DNA from: Lama glama
Taxonomy: Eukaryota
Length of the DNA stretch: 64,000 nucleotides
Assembly (NCBI GenBank): GCA_028534125.1
Contig: CM052817.1
Span: forward strand, 96,908,001-96,972,000
Direction: 5' to 3'
Position 1 is the stretch's first letter. Each line of letters opens with the position of its first letter. Both the position numbers and the translations under genes were made by a program. The notes beneath the pieces were generated by a model. The model was given only the letters and a program-made list of their open reading frames with translations, searched no databases and was not told the origin of the DNA. This document shows positions 12,700 to 25,620 of the stretch, piece after piece.

Positions 12700-14460
12700 A
12701 GGATGTGGATGAATGAGCTTGAAGTCTGCTTTTCTGCCTTCTCTTCTTTGGGAGAAAGGTTATTGTGAAAAGGGAGGTGGATAGGAGAGCTTGCAAAATG
12801 GCTTTTCAGACTGATCAATTTTAGAAAAAGGACAAATGGAAGCTGAGGATCTGGAAATAAATTTTCGCTGCAAGCAGTGCTCCTTGGAAAATCTTCACAT
12901 ACTTTTAGGGGTTCCTGTAACTCAGGTAGAAAACGATTGTCTTAAATAATTCCAACAGGGAGGAAATAAAGAGGGATATCTTAAAAAAACAGGAGTGGCT
13001 TCAGAGGCATTCCTCTACTGACCCCAAAATGTGAGGCAATGGGTTGAAGTGTATATTTTTGTAAATACTAGAGAGCAGCATGTTATTTAAGCATGACCCT
13101 TAAGTAACAGTATTGGGAAAAGCAGGTCCAGAATGAGCTTATGGATGTAACAAAGAGTAGAAAAACAAAAGGGGTCCTTTTAAGGTCATGTTCATAGCAA
13201 GAACAAAAACACAAAGTCTCTGGGGAAAGATGATGTAATGCTAAAAAGATAACGGTGAAAGCAGAACAAACCAAAGTCTCTTTTTCTCCATTCTTCCCTC
13301 GGTAACTACCTTCAGATGGAAAAGGGAAAAAGAGTTATGGTGGGAGAGAACCTAAATGCAAGAAAGATAAGAAATAAGAGGAGATCTTTAAAAAATTCAG
13401 TTAGCTTAATGAGTTTATCTTTATGCCCAGATGAATTGTATCTTGAAATATTTTGAGAGCTTGTTTTATTTTTTTTTAATTGAAGTGTAGTTGATTTGCA
13501 ATGTTAGTTTCAGGTGTACAGCAAAGTGATTCAGTTATACATATACATTCACGTATATTTTTTTCAGATTCTTTTCCATTATAGCTTATTATAAGACACA
13601 GAATGTAGTTCCTTGTGCTATACAGTAGGTTTTTATTGTTTATTTTGTATATAGTAATGTGTATCTTTTAATCCCAAGTCCCTAATTTATCCCCTCCTTT
13701 CCCCTTTTGATAACCATAGTTTTCTTTTTTTCTATGTCTGTGAGTCTATTTCTGGTTTGTAAATAAAATTTGTATCTTTTTTTAGATTCCACATATAAGT
13801 GATATCATACAGTATTTGTCTTTCTCTGACTCACTTCACATAGTATGATAATCTCTAGGTCCATCCACGTTGCTGCGAATGGCATTATTTCATTCTTTTT
13901 TAAGGCTGAGTAGTATTCCACTGCGTAAATATACCACATCTTCTTTATCTATTCATCTGTCAATGGACATTTAGGTTGCTTCCATGTCTTGGCTGTTGTA
14001 AATAGTGCTGCTGTGAATGTTGGGGTGCATGTATCTGTTTGAATTATAGTTTTCATATTTTTCAGATATATGCCCAGGAATGGGATTGCTGGATCATATG
14101 GTAACTGTATTTTTAGTTTTTTAAGGAATCTCCATGTTGTCTTCTTAATGGCTGTACCAATTTACATTCCCACTAACAGTGTAGGTGGGCTCCTTTTTCT
14201 CCACAACTTCTCCAGCATTTCTTATTTGTAGACTTTTTGATGATGTCCATTCTGACTGGTATGAAGTGATACTTCATTGTAGTTTTTCTTTGAATTTCTA
14301 TAATGATTAGCAATGTTGAGCATCTTTTCATGTGCCTATTGGCTATGAGAGCTTGTAATTGTAATCATGCAACCATAGTTAACAATCTTAGAAAATAATG
14401 TTATGAACAGAAAGTCAGCATGCATTTATTAAGAATCAATACTGTCAAACTAACCTTACA
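12700..14460 (+). mobile_element. Ancient CR1/L3 LINE ORF2 remnant, interrupted by the L1 at 13465-14345
   Basis: Decayed CR1-type motifs: 'gaaagcagaacaa...ttttttctccattcttc' (EKAE..FF.S.F), 'ttaatgagttt...cccagatgaattgtatc...ttgagagcttg' (LNEF..PDEL..R.L.EL), 'cagcatgcatttattaagaatcaatactgtcaaactaacctta' (QH.F.KN..CQTNL). Left boundary uncertain. Confidence 0.55.
13465..14345 (-). mobile_element. 5'-truncated L1
   Basis: Poly-T tail; perfect 11-bp TSD tgagagcttgt at 13454-13464 and 14346-14356. Confidence 0.93.
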
Positions 14461-14489
14461 TCTAAGAACTTGCTACTCAACTTAAGAAC

Positions 14490-15100
14490 TAGGGTTTGTA
14501 TTTTTTTCACTTAAAATTTTATTGGAGCTGTTCTCCAGTATTCCTCATTAAATAGTCTTGCGTACTACAATTTTAAGTAGTTACATAGTGCTCAATTATA
14601 TGAATATACCCTAAATTACTTAACCAATCCACCATGGTCCAGTTTATACTGTTTCACATTTTTGGCTTTTAGAAACCATGCTAGGGTTATGATCATTTTA
14701 CATAAAAGTTTGTAAATTATAATTTTTTAAAATTTTGGTCAAATTCCCAGAAGAAGAATGAATGAATCAAAAGGCTTCATATTTCAAAGGCCTTGTTTAT
14801 TACCAAAGTTGCCTCCAGAAGGAAGTACCTATTTACATTCTCAACAACAGTATACAAATGCCTATTTTTCCAACCCTTATCATTACTGGAAAATTTTGGT
14901 AGAAAAATGTGTTTTGGTGATTTTTTAAATTGTGGCAAAATATGTATAACATAAACTTTGCCACTTTAACCATTTTTAAGTGTACAATTCAGTAGCACTA
15001 AATACATTCACTGTGTTGTACAACCATCATCACTATCTATTTCCAGAATTTTTACCATCACCCCAGACAGAATCTTTGTATCCATTAAAGTAAAACTTAA
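14490..15100 (-). mobile_element. Old L1M (L1ME/L1MB-type) 3' fragments
   Basis: 'tttacattctcaacaacagtatacaaatgcctatttttcc' and 'aaccatttttaagtgtacaattcagtagcactaaatacattcactgtgttgtacaaccatc'. Confidence 0.65.
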
Positions 15101-15194
15101 AAAAATAATTTTAAAAATGATTGCCATCCTCTTGCTATATATTATTCAATCCCATTAACAATACTCTTACCCCTTCCAAAGATCTTAGAATTCT

Positions 15195-15600
15195 CTGTGT
15201 TAGCCAGACCAGGACAGGCTATACTATGGTAACAGTCAACTCCAGAGTCTCGTGGATTACCCAGTAAGAACTTATTTCTCACTCAGGTTACATAATCTTT
15301 GCAAGTCAGTGAGTGTATTTGCCTCTGACAGTCTCTCAGAGGTTCAGGCTAATAATGGCCCAACCGTTTCATTGCTTCATCTTTCGGAACATGAGGACTT
15401 CATGGTTACCAAGGCAGGGCAAGAAAGCGTGGTAGAGCCTTGCACTAGCAATTAAATGCTTCAGCCTAGAAATGACACATTGCCACTTCCATGATAGCCA
15501 GAACTTGGTGGGGACTGCTAACACAGCAGAAAGTGGCATATTCCTCCCATGTCACCTAAAAGACAGGAGAACTGGGTAAGGGTGAGCACCAGAAGTCTCG
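15195..15600. mobile_element. MaLR LTR (MLT1I/J-like)
   Basis: 'aggctatactatggtaaca...ttatttctcactcaggttacat...cagaggttcaggct...aaatgcttcagcctagaaatgacacat'. Confidence 0.55.
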
Positions 15601-16601
15601 CAACATCTTCGCTTGTATCCTCATTGATACGAAACTGGCTTCTTTGAACTATCTCGCAAAGTTGGTGTTTTTTTTTTCTATTAATGGAGTCTGCCCATTT
15701 CACTTTATGTAATGCCACAAGAAATCTTGGAAGAAGAAAAAAAAAATAGAAGAACAATCATTTGATCTAAGGGAAAAGTAATGTGTCACAGAGTGTTGTG
15801 TCAACACCCAGCACTGAAACATGTTCATTTGCCACCCGTGGGCCCAGTTTTCTTAATAACTCTCACTGTTGAAGCAGGTGCAGAAGCTCTTCCAGCAGTC
15901 TTGGGCCCTCTGGTTTTCATGTGGTTAGGCATGTCACTGTGGATACCCCACAGAGGATGAGAAATGCTGACACTCTACAAGTTCTTCAGCAACTTTTTTG
16001 AGAAATAGGAAATCAGTACTTAATTTTTCATTAAACACACACTCTTTCTTTTATCTCATTCCTGCCAAAAGAGTTTTTTTGTTTGTTTGTTTTGGTATAA
16101 AAAACTGTAACCAATCAGTAAAGTTGGAGATTGGTACAATCCAATACAGGACAAGCAACTGTAGTGATGAAGTTCAGGACATTCTCGATGCTCTGTGGCA
16201 GCTCTACTAAGCCTCTGTTTTCTTGCCCATCTTACTCTCAACCTATAATTTTCCATGCTTCCTATTGATTGATGGCTTGACAACTTCATTCACCTTGAGG
16301 TTGCTTCTGGAAAGGTCAGGAAAAGAGAGATAGGTTGTCCTCGGTCATCTTTCAGATTATCCGTGTGTCAAAGTAAGAACTCTGTTCACTGCACATGTGT
16401 CTCACACGCTACTAAATGAGACCATGACAGGTGTTGGAAATGCACATTAGAGGTCCGATGAACCCATCCTGGCTTATTTTTAAAATTTTTTTCTGTGCAA
16501 TTGTTTATAGTAAAACTGTTTAAAAATGAGAAATCCAGGGTCAAATTGTAAAAAGGAAGGGATGCCAAGAAAATAGATGTGCCGTTCCAGGCAAAGAGGG
16601 A

Positions 16602-17123
16602 TGTGTTAGGGTTCTCCAGAGAAGCAGAACCAGTAGGAGGTATTTGTAGATTTATTATAGGGATTGGCTCATGTGCCTATGGTGGCGGAGAAGTCCCACA
16701 ATCTGCCATCTGCAAACTTGACAAGCAGGAAAGCTGATGGTGTAATTCAGTCCGTGACTGGAGGCCTGACAAACAGGGGAAGGGCTGCTGGTTTAAGTCC
16801 CTAAGTCTGAAGTCCTGAGAATCAGGAGCTCAGATGTCTGATATCCAGTGTGCAAGATCAAGAAAAGATAGACATCCCAGCTCAAGAAGAGAGAGAGGGA
16901 ATACACCCTTCCTTTGCCTTTGTGTCCTATTTGGGCCCTCAGCAGATTGGGTTGGATGATGCCACCTCCACTGGCGAGGGTGGATCTCTTCACTCAGTCT
17001 ACTGAATCGAATGCTACTCTCTTCCAAAAAACACTCTCACAGACATACCCAGAAATAATCTTCTACCAGCTCTCTGGGTTTCTCTTAGCCCAGTCAAGTT
17101 GGCACATAAAATTAATCATCACA
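16602..17123 (-). mobile_element. ERVL solo LTR (MLT2-type)
   Basis: 'tagggttctccagagaagcagaaccagtagga...gagaagtcccacaatctgccatctgcaa...cataaaattaatcatcaca'. Confidence 0.85.
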
Positions 17124-19499
17124 GAGAACTTTAGGTCCTGTGACTTAGAGCTTAGTAATCAAAGATGATAACTTAATAACTTGTTTCTCCAGTGCTTGCC
17201 ACGGGCTACTAGTTTCTTCAGTTAGAATATAAAGGGGATATGCAACTGTTTTCTGTTCCAGCTCAGCCAGAGAACAAATTCCAAGATGCCCTACAATTTC
17301 CCCAAAAGGTCTATTACCTTTAAGTACCAATCTAGGTATCTACTGCTCTTCTTGGACTGCAGGGGAAAAAATGACTGATTCTGGCAACCTAAGCAAAAAA
17401 GGCCTTTCATCTGAAGTGTGTGGGGTGCTCAAGGAAGCCTGAAGAACCAGCATGGGAACAAGAAACTGGGTAGCCTGCTAGGCAGCAGGCTGCTTTCGGC
17501 ATGCTTGGCTGGACAGATGACCTGTTTCTCCTGTCAGTGCTTTACTAGGCTCAAGAGTCAAAGTCCTGGGGAAGAGGGTCTGATTGGCTGGTCATGTGCC
17601 CAGCCTTTGGCAGCGGCAGGCTGAGAGGAGGGACTAGCAGAAGGAGCCTTCAGGGATCTCTTTGGATTACCGACTGTGAGAAAGGCACGTGCACTTTACC
17701 AAGACTCCATGCTTGGTGGGAAAATGATTACCCAGGTGGAATTCAGGGTGCTGTTGGGAAGTGGGGATGAAGGCCGAGCATCCCAAAATTCCAGTGTCCA
17801 CCGCTGAGAGCAGAATCATGAGCATGTTAGTGCTGTCAAAGCCTGCTGAGTGGATATGTGCTGCTTTGTTCTACTATTTTCGATTGTTAGATTAATTCCT
17901 TTTTTGTCCCCCTGCAACAAATAGCCTGAAGAATATACATCTTAAAAAAATATTTTCTTAGGACAAATTGCCAGGTCTGGAATTATTGGGTTGAAAGACA
18001 TGAGTTTTTATACTTTTTTCATTTTTTCTTTTACTGAAGTGCCCATGAACTCTAAGAAGATGCTCCTAGTCACAGCAGATTGGCTTTCTAGTGACTGGAT
18101 AATTGCTCAGTTGAAGGTCACCCTGTGGAAACCGCTCTCTGGGTCATGTCTGGGGCATTTGGGCTACAGGGAAAAATAAACTCTTTAGAGCTCTTCTCTT
18201 TCCTTCTAACATTTTAAAACAAATATCCATTGCTATCTGGATAAAATAAACTGCAAGGCACTGCATAGGTCAGTTGATCCTCACTTTATAGGAAAGAGGG
18301 CAGCATTTGCCTGAGTGACCTGTGAGCCCTGGAGAGTATGGGCTGATACCCATCAGCAAATATAACACGATACACTCAGCTCCCTCCTCTCCATGCCAGG
18401 TCTCTCAAAAGCTGAGGGCAGGGAAGGGGTGATTGCACTATGACAGGGCACTCCCCATGGAGCAGGTGCTGGTTCTGTGCCTTGCCCCATATCATCTTGA
18501 GCCAGGTTCTTCTATCTCCAAACTTTAAAAGAGTCCCAGATTTCTTCAGGGGGTTTTCATTTCAATGTAAGGGAATTGGAAAATCCTTTCCCCTCCCCCA
18601 ACTTCCCCACCCCAGCTTCATTGGGAATATATCACTTCTTAGCCAGACAGCAAGGCTGGCTGGATCAAGCAACAGTGTACTTTTAAAAAAATAATTATCT
18701 GTGTGTCAGTTTATTCCTAGAGCACACCAGATTAGAAACACTTTGAGATTAGGGACTGTCTGGCCTTGCAGGACTTTCCCTGGTGCCTTGCCTACTCCAG
18801 GCACTCACTCAATATTTGCTGACTGGATAGGCTTAGGTGAGTGGAATCATTCTAGAACTCCTTGAGGTTCCAAACTCTTCCAAGTTACGATGTCTAGGAG
18901 TGCCGGGAAAAGTGAGCTCTCCCTAGAAACAATCAAGGAGCGCTGGAGGGGTTCTGAACCCCATGCTTAGTGTTTTCAGGCAAAGAAGCCAGCCCGGTGC
19001 AGAAGCAGATGAGAGGGGCCCTCACGCCCTCTTCGTGGGCTGTATGTCTCAGCCCTGGTGATCCAGCCACAGGACCTTTTTCAGTTTCCTGTTCTAGTTC
19101 TTTGTCAAAACTTTCCCCAGGAATGCTTCTTCCCTCTCCACATCACATCAGTTTCACCTCTACCCATAAACTCCTCATCCGGCAGCCCAATTGTCAATTC
19201 CTCAGTGACATCTCAGAATAGCCCCATTTCCCCTGTTTAACACCATATATGGCTCTTTCCCAGCACTTATCATTATTTTCATTTAATATTAGTATTTGTG
19301 TTTGTCATTATTTGATACATTCTTTCTCTCTGATTGGAGACTGTTGCTCCCTGAGGGCATGACTTGTGCTTGTTTTGTTCACTATTGTAGCCCTAGTTCT
19401 AGCATCCTCTCTGGCATATATTGAGAACAGTTAATATTAGAGGCACGAGGAACAGTTTCTCTACACCACAGGGGTTTACCTGCTGCAATCCTGGCAGAT

Positions 19500-20044
19500 A
19501 CAGAGTCAGGATTCTCTAGAGAAATGGAATCAACCAATGAGGGATAAGATATATATCTATATCGATATGTCTATATAGCCGATATAGCAATGTAGATATA
19601 TATGGAGAGAGACAGAGAGATTGATTGACTGAGAGATTGAGAGTGACTATAGGCATTGGCTTATGCACTAGTTATGGAGGTCAAGAAGTCTCACCATCTG
19701 CCATTTGCAAGATGAAGAACCAGGAAAGCAATGGTATAAATCCCAGTCCAGGTCTGAGGCCTGAGAACCAGGAGCACCAATGTCTGAGGGCAGATGAAGA
19801 TGGATGTCCTAGCTCAAGAAGTGCAAAGGGGAATTTACCATTCCTCTGCCATTTCTATTCAGGCTCGCAGTGGATTGGATGATGCCCACCTGTGTTGGTG
19901 AGGGAGCTCTTTTTCACTCAGTCTACTGATTCAATGCTAATATCTGCTGGAAACACCCTCATAGACACACCCGGACATAATGTTTACCAGCTCGCTGGGC
20001 ATCCCTTAACCCAGGCTAATTAACACATAAGATTAACCATTACA
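19500..20044 (-). mobile_element. ERVL solo LTR (MLT2-type), second copy
   Basis: Same architecture as 16602-17123, with an internal TA/GA-rich tract; ends 'cataagattaaccattaca'. Confidence 0.85.
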
Positions 20045-20499
20045 CGGAGATTCTGGCTTGACCCTCAGTAGAGTTTATACAATATTGTGCTCTCAGAATA
20101 GAATTTCTCAAATTGCATTACTCTAGATTGCCAGTTCATGAATTTTAAATAGGGTTCTATGAAGAAAAAAATTTCTTTTAAAAATATAGATGCAATGAAA
20201 ATTTAAAACACATTTGGACAGTTATTTTTCTGTGATAATTTACCTTTAAGAAAACATACACTACAAACATACAAACAAAACATACACTTCATCATACTTT
20301 ATTGTTTCTTTTTTTTATTGTGGAAATACACGTAACAAAATTCACCATTTTAGCCATTTGAAGTATCCAGTTAGTGGGATTAAGCAAATTTACACTGTTA
20401 AGCGCCCATCACCATTATATTTTGTAGATTACTGGTTCACAAATTCGTATACCATCCTCATATCTTAGTGGATTAACTCACCTTGAGCTCACAGTGTGG

Positions 20500-21510
20500 C
20501 CCCAGGGTGACCTGAAACTATGTGGAATTACTCCCACCGTTGCCCCAGTGATCAGCTGACAGACAGCTCTGCAGGTGTAACTGAATGAGATGAGGTAGAC
20601 TCCTAAACTGGTTTGATGTCCAGACTGAAGCAGTTGTGAGGGGGGAGCATCTTTCTAGCACCAGAGGGGATACTGTTTAGAGGTAAATCCGGAGATGTCG
20701 AAGCCATCTGGTTCTCACGAAGGGAGCTTTCTGGAGGCTGAAGTTAACACCAGGAAGAGGAACAGAGCAGAGAGAATCACAGGAAAATGAAGCTAGAGTG
20801 GTGATAAACCTTCAGGAGCCTGCCCTGCATCTCCAGGGAACTTTTCTGTGATATTGTCCAATGATTTCTTGTTTGAGCTATTTTGGCATCTCTGCTCCAC
20901 TGCCCCACACCCGTTAATACTCTTGAGAGAAAGCAACTTAATGTGGTTTGGAAGTTATCCGGACATTAATCTTCCATTTCTTCTCATCATATCCCTTATG
21001 TTTTGCCATAGCTGTAATTATAATCTATGTACCTCACCGACAAAGGTGTCAGCCTGTGGCAGAAACTGTTAGGTTCCTGTTCAGAATGGATGATCTCTTT
21101 GTAAGAAAATTCAGATTTCATTGCGGGTGGCAGTGAACCTGTATAAAAGACCACATTTTCCAGTTTCCCTTGCAGGGAAGCATGGCCATGTGACTAAGTT
21201 CTGGCCAATGAGATAAAAAGCAAAAATGTTTTCTAAGACCTGAAGGAAGGCTAAGAAAAGAGGGTGACTCAACCAGGAGGGGGGCCCCTTATCTTTTGCC
21301 TTCCTCATTCACAGGAGGGGCTTTAGGAAACATACCACGAGGTGACACTGAGGATGGAAACTGGTGCTTCCCTGGGGACTGTGGAATCATGTTAGAGTCC
21401 GCTTCTGGACTTCTTTCACATGAGAGAGAGAAGAAAACTCCTCATGGTTTAAACCACCGTTATTCTAGATTCTCGGTTATAATGTGTCTGAACTTAATTC
21501 TAACTGACTC
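20500..21510. mobile_element. Two ERVL LTR16/LTR33-like fragments (~20500-20900, ~21100-21510)
   Basis: 'cattttccagtttcccttgcagggaagcatggccatgtgactaagttctggccaatgagat' and 'agccatctggttctcacgaagggag'. Confidence 0.55.
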
Positions 21511-22089
21511 ACAGCCTGAAACATATCCAAAGATTCAGTAGAACCCATATTTGACTTTATAGGTAGCAACCTTGTGACTCATCAGGGAGAGACAATATTG
21601 TGTGTAGCGGAACCTATGTAAAGGGGAGGTTTCATCTGAGTTACCCTCTATTTTGTGTGGACAGGATCCTGACTGACCATCATTGATTCAGATCCTTAAC
21701 TAATCCAGACACTGAGCAAAGCATAAAAATGCCCACCCGACAACCTGACATATAGACTTGAACATCCCCTCAGGCTAAATGAGTCTAAACTGAAACTGAT
21801 CTTGCCCATCCCAGTCACCAGCAGCACCACCACATCGACTTCTCCCCACTTTCCTTTTAGTAAATGTTCAGTGGGGTTACAGCCATCCACCTAATGTCCC
21901 ATGCCGGCAGCCTGGGGCCATTTTGACACTTTCTTCCTCATTTCTATATACAGGCCATTGTCAAGTTCCAGAATCTGCCTCTAAAATATATTTTGGTCTA
22001 TTAATCTCTGTATCCACTGTCATTTGGAGGGTGAAGCTATACCATCTTACCCAGACAACCCCCAAAGCCTTCCCCATGGATTTTCATTT

Positions 22090-22187
22090 TGGTTTCTTTT
22101 TTTTTCCCCTTTTTCAAATGCAGGTACTGGAAATCGAACCAAATACCTCATGCATGCTCAGCATGCCCTCTCCCAACTGAGCTACAC
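22090..22187 (-). mobile_element. Camelid tRNA-derived SINE (Vic-1-like)
   Basis: Reverse complement 'gtgtagctcagttgggagagggcatgctgagcatgcatgagg...ggttcgatttccagtacc' plus A-tail; TSD tggattttcattt / tgaattttcattc. Confidence 0.75.
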
Positions 22188-22304
22188 TGAATTTTCATTC
22201 TCCACGCAGCACCTTGAGAGAAAACACAAACCAGATCACATTACTGCCGTGCTGAAAACTCTTCAAAGTTTCCCTTTGAAGAGTAGCTTAGGATACAACC
22301 CTAT

Positions 22305-22833
22305 TGTCAACAAAAAAATTAATAAATAATCTGTAATAGGAATGAAAAAGAGTTTTATTTGAGCTGAACTGAGGACTATAGCCTGGAAGACAGCCTCTAT
22401 CTCAGATAACTCTGAGGAACTGGTGCAGAGAAGCAGGGTTTCCAGGAGAGTTTGAATGTCTTGTCAGAACAAAGAACATCAAGCAAGTCAGGGATACATT
22501 CCTTCAAGGTTTCAAACAAAACAAAACAAAACAAACCAGATCAGCGCGAACACAGCGGGACTCAGCGTGTCCTTGGCCCCCGGGAAAGGAGTCTTATCAT
22601 CAAAGGAGGATCAGCATTGGCATCTCAGAAAGAGAGGCATTTCATCTTCATTTTTTAACATGGACATTCTTTACTTCTGGTCCATGTGCTTTTTTCTTCA
22701 ATAATTAAGCAGAGGTACAATGTATGTTTGATTGGCTACCAACAGGCTATTTTAGCATAAAGTTTGAGTTATATTATGTATAAGCCAGAATGACTTCTCC
22801 CTGCCTCAATATATGGAAATTTCTTTCATTACT
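22305..22833 (-). mobile_element. ERV1-class solo LTR inserted in an L2 (L2 flanks ~21700-22300 and ~22835-23110)
   Basis: Begins 'tgtcaac', has a - strand AATAAA ('gagttttatttgagc'), ends 'tttctttcattac'; candidate 4-bp TSD ctat/ttat. Confidence 0.65.
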
Positions 22834-23129
22834 TTATAGGGCCTATGAGGCTCACCTGATCTGACCCCTTCTGACCCTCCACTACGCAGCATGTCTTGAG
22901 CCAGTCTTTCTCACTCACTGAGCTTCAGTCATCTGATCTGCTCTTTTAACCTCTGGAATGTTCCAGACTCTTTCCCATCCCAGGGGCTTGTACAGGCTGC
23001 TTCCCCACCTGGACTCCCCTGCTCCCACTCCCTGTTTAATGGTCGACTTCTGATTCTTCTGGTTATTGATTAAATGACATCTTTAATTAGGCTTTGACCC
23101 AACCCCCAATTTAGATCTGGATACTTCAT

Positions 23130-23460
23130 ACTGAATAATATGATATGCAGTGTTTTGCAGCTGGCTTCTTGCACTTAGCATAATGTTTTCCAGGTTCATT
23201 ATGTTGTAGCATGCATCAGTACTTCATTCCTTTTTATTATAGTTTACTTATGCCATTGTCTGGATACATACATTTTGTTTATTGACTCATCAGCTGGTGG
23301 ACATTCGTGTTGCACCCACTTTTTGGCTATAATGAACAATGCTATCCTGAACAAGCATTTGTGTAGACATATGTTTTCATTTCTCTTGGGTGGACGCCTG
23401 GAGAGTGGAGTTGCTGGCTCATGTGTTAACTCCGTGATTAACACTTTGGGGAAGTGTCAG
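23130..23460 (-). mobile_element. Old L1M fragment
   Basis: 'ctggcttcttgcacttagcataatgttttccaggttcattatgttgtagcatgcatcagtacttcattcc'. Confidence 0.75.
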
Positions 23461-24549
23461 CAGCCCCTTTTTATGAGGCCAGGTTTAGGATTTTGCCCAG
23501 AGGATTGCACCCCTGTCAGTGCAACTCTCACTGTTTGCATCCTTTCTATTCTTGAGTATCTTTCCCCCTTTTACTTGCCTTTTATTTTCTTCTCTGTAGA
23601 CTATCCCCCAGCTGATTTTAGCCAGAACCAAGGTTTTCAATGCCTTAAATTTTTTGGTAAAACATTTTGAACTCTCCGGAGGATGGACATTAAAGTAATC
23701 ACGTTTATCTGTTTATCTGTGGGTTAGCCACTCACAGTGCTGCTTTGTAACAAAAGTTTATTGAGTAGGAGGCTTACTTAACTTGTTCTTGAGGGTTACA
23801 ATCCTACAACATGCCGTGCAGAGTCTCAATTACCCATCTCGGAGTCTAAACTTTTCAAAGAATCCTTTGAAGTCTCTTGCTGATATTAGCATCATTAGTG
23901 AACCTATATATGTAAACATATGTTCTGAACCTATTAAAACTGTATATAGAGTTCCTGGTGTGTGCCAGGCGCGCACCTAATAATTGTTTAGTAAATTGTT
24001 AGTTGCTATTATTAAAAGGTACTCTAATGAAAAATTGGTTTCATCTGGGTAAGGATTTTTAGTAATTTAAAATGTCTTAACATTTCGAGGACACATCTGA
24101 GTTGTTTCAGAACACACGGAATGCTGTACTTTCCCAGTTGTACCCACATATTCTCATTTGATCTTCACCCCCACCTCGTGAAAACCACACATTATACCCT
24201 GGCTTTTGTTTTCCGGTGGTGATTTTTGGAATAATCAAGATCTCTCCACCTACCCAAGCACATTTAATCTGCTGAATACAACAGAAACAACTCTTCCGTA
24301 GTTTAGACACCCTCTCCCCTCCCCCGAGTCATCAGCGTGGTTACACAGAAGAGTGTAACAGCAGCAGCTGGGCCTCCAAGAAAATGCTCCCTGCCCTTGT
24401 AAAGCTTTCAGTCTGAAGCGGAGATTTAACAGGCACTTTATTTTAAATGGGGACCGTGAATAGAGAACAGCTGAGGGTCTATGCCGGGATAAATGAGATA
24501 CAGGAGTCAATCGTTTCCCTCAGTAACCAGACCCCTGTGTTAAGACTGC

Positions 24550-25620
24550 CCTGAAGACGCCCCGTCCTGCCCCCCGTCGGCTCCCCGATGCTCCCCAGTG
24601 AGTCAGCCCGAAGAGGGGAGCCGATGAAAAGGGGAGGCGCCCGTGTCTAGGGCCGGAGGAAAGCCGCGGGGCGAAATTCTAGACCGAGGAAGCCTCGGAA
24701 GGAAGAGGAGGGGCAACTGCGCGTGGGGAAGACGAGGAAGAGACGTCTGAGGGAAGGGAAGGGAAGGGAAGAGAAAGGAGAGGAAGAAGAAGGCAGGCGG
24801 AGGGGAGAGGAGTGGGCGAGAGGCCAGCGCGGGGCGGGGCGCGGCGGGAGGCGCCCGGGGCGGGGCGGGGCCGGCTCGCGCCTCCGGGAGGGCGTGCGGC
24901 GCGGGGGCCGGGCCGGGCCGGGCCGGGGCGGGGCCGCAGTGTCCGAGGTTCGGCTGGGGCTGCCGGGAGCCGAGCGCTCAGTTCTCGTTCGCCTGGGCTG
25001 TGCTTCTCCGTGCGGCCGGGCTCACCTCCGCGGGGTATGTCTGCGCTGCTCTCGCCGCGCGCCCGGGGCTGCTAGCTTCTCCGGCGCTTCCTGCCCGCGT
25101 GGCCCCGCACCTGGCCGCGACCCCGGAGCCCGGCTCGGGCAGTGCGCGCGGCGAGCTCTGCGCGCGGACCGCCGCCGTCATGGGGCTGCAGCCCCTGGAG
25201 TTCAGCGACTGCTACCTCGACAGCCCGTGGTTTCGGGAGAGGATCCGCGCCCACGAAGCGGAGCTGGAGAGGACCAACAAGTTCATCAAAGAGCTCATAA
25301 AGGACGGGAAGAACCTCATCGCGGCGACCAAAAGTAAGCAGGGACTCGGGCGCGCGCGAGGCCGGGAGGAGCCTCTGTTGGAGGGAGACCGACCGTCCCG
25401 TGCCCGGGCCGGCGGCCAGAGGAGCGGGAGATTCATCCGGGGCGGGAGGCCCCGGCGTCGTTCCTCCGCGGTTCCCCGGGCAGCCAGGGGGCAGGCCCCC
25501 TTTCCTGCCCCGGCCCGACGGCCAGAGCCCGAAGTGGTGAGCCCGCCAGCCCCGCTGCCCTGGCCCGGCGCCCTCGGTGCCTGCGTCCCCCGCCGGACCC
25601 GCCCGCGGGCAGGTTTTATT
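24550..25620 (+). promoter_or_regulatory. ARHGAP10: ARHGAP10 CpG-island, TATA-less promoter with GC boxes
   Basis: Very high GC and CpG density; GGGGCGGGGC Sp/KLF boxes at ~24831, ~24857 and ~24925; (GGCCG)n tract; AP-1 TGAGTCA at 24599; surrounds coding exon 1. Confidence 0.9.
25180..25333 (+). CDS. ARHGAP10: Rho GTPase-activating protein 10 (GRAF2), coding exon 1, N-terminus of BAR domain (partial CDS)
   Basis: gccgccgtcATGG Kozak context; encodes [51 protein letters not shown], the ARHGAP10 N-terminus; 154 nt, phase-1 donor AAA|GTAAGC at 25334. Confidence 0.96.

Noticed and set aside
4776..14345. Three similar ~0.9-1.2 kb segments in the same orientation, suggesting a segmental duplication
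   Set aside because: Each has its own TSD and truncation point, so they are independent L1 insertions.
19545..19610. Quasi-palindromic TA/GA-rich stretch
   Set aside because: Usual simple-repeat expansion site within MLT2 LTRs.
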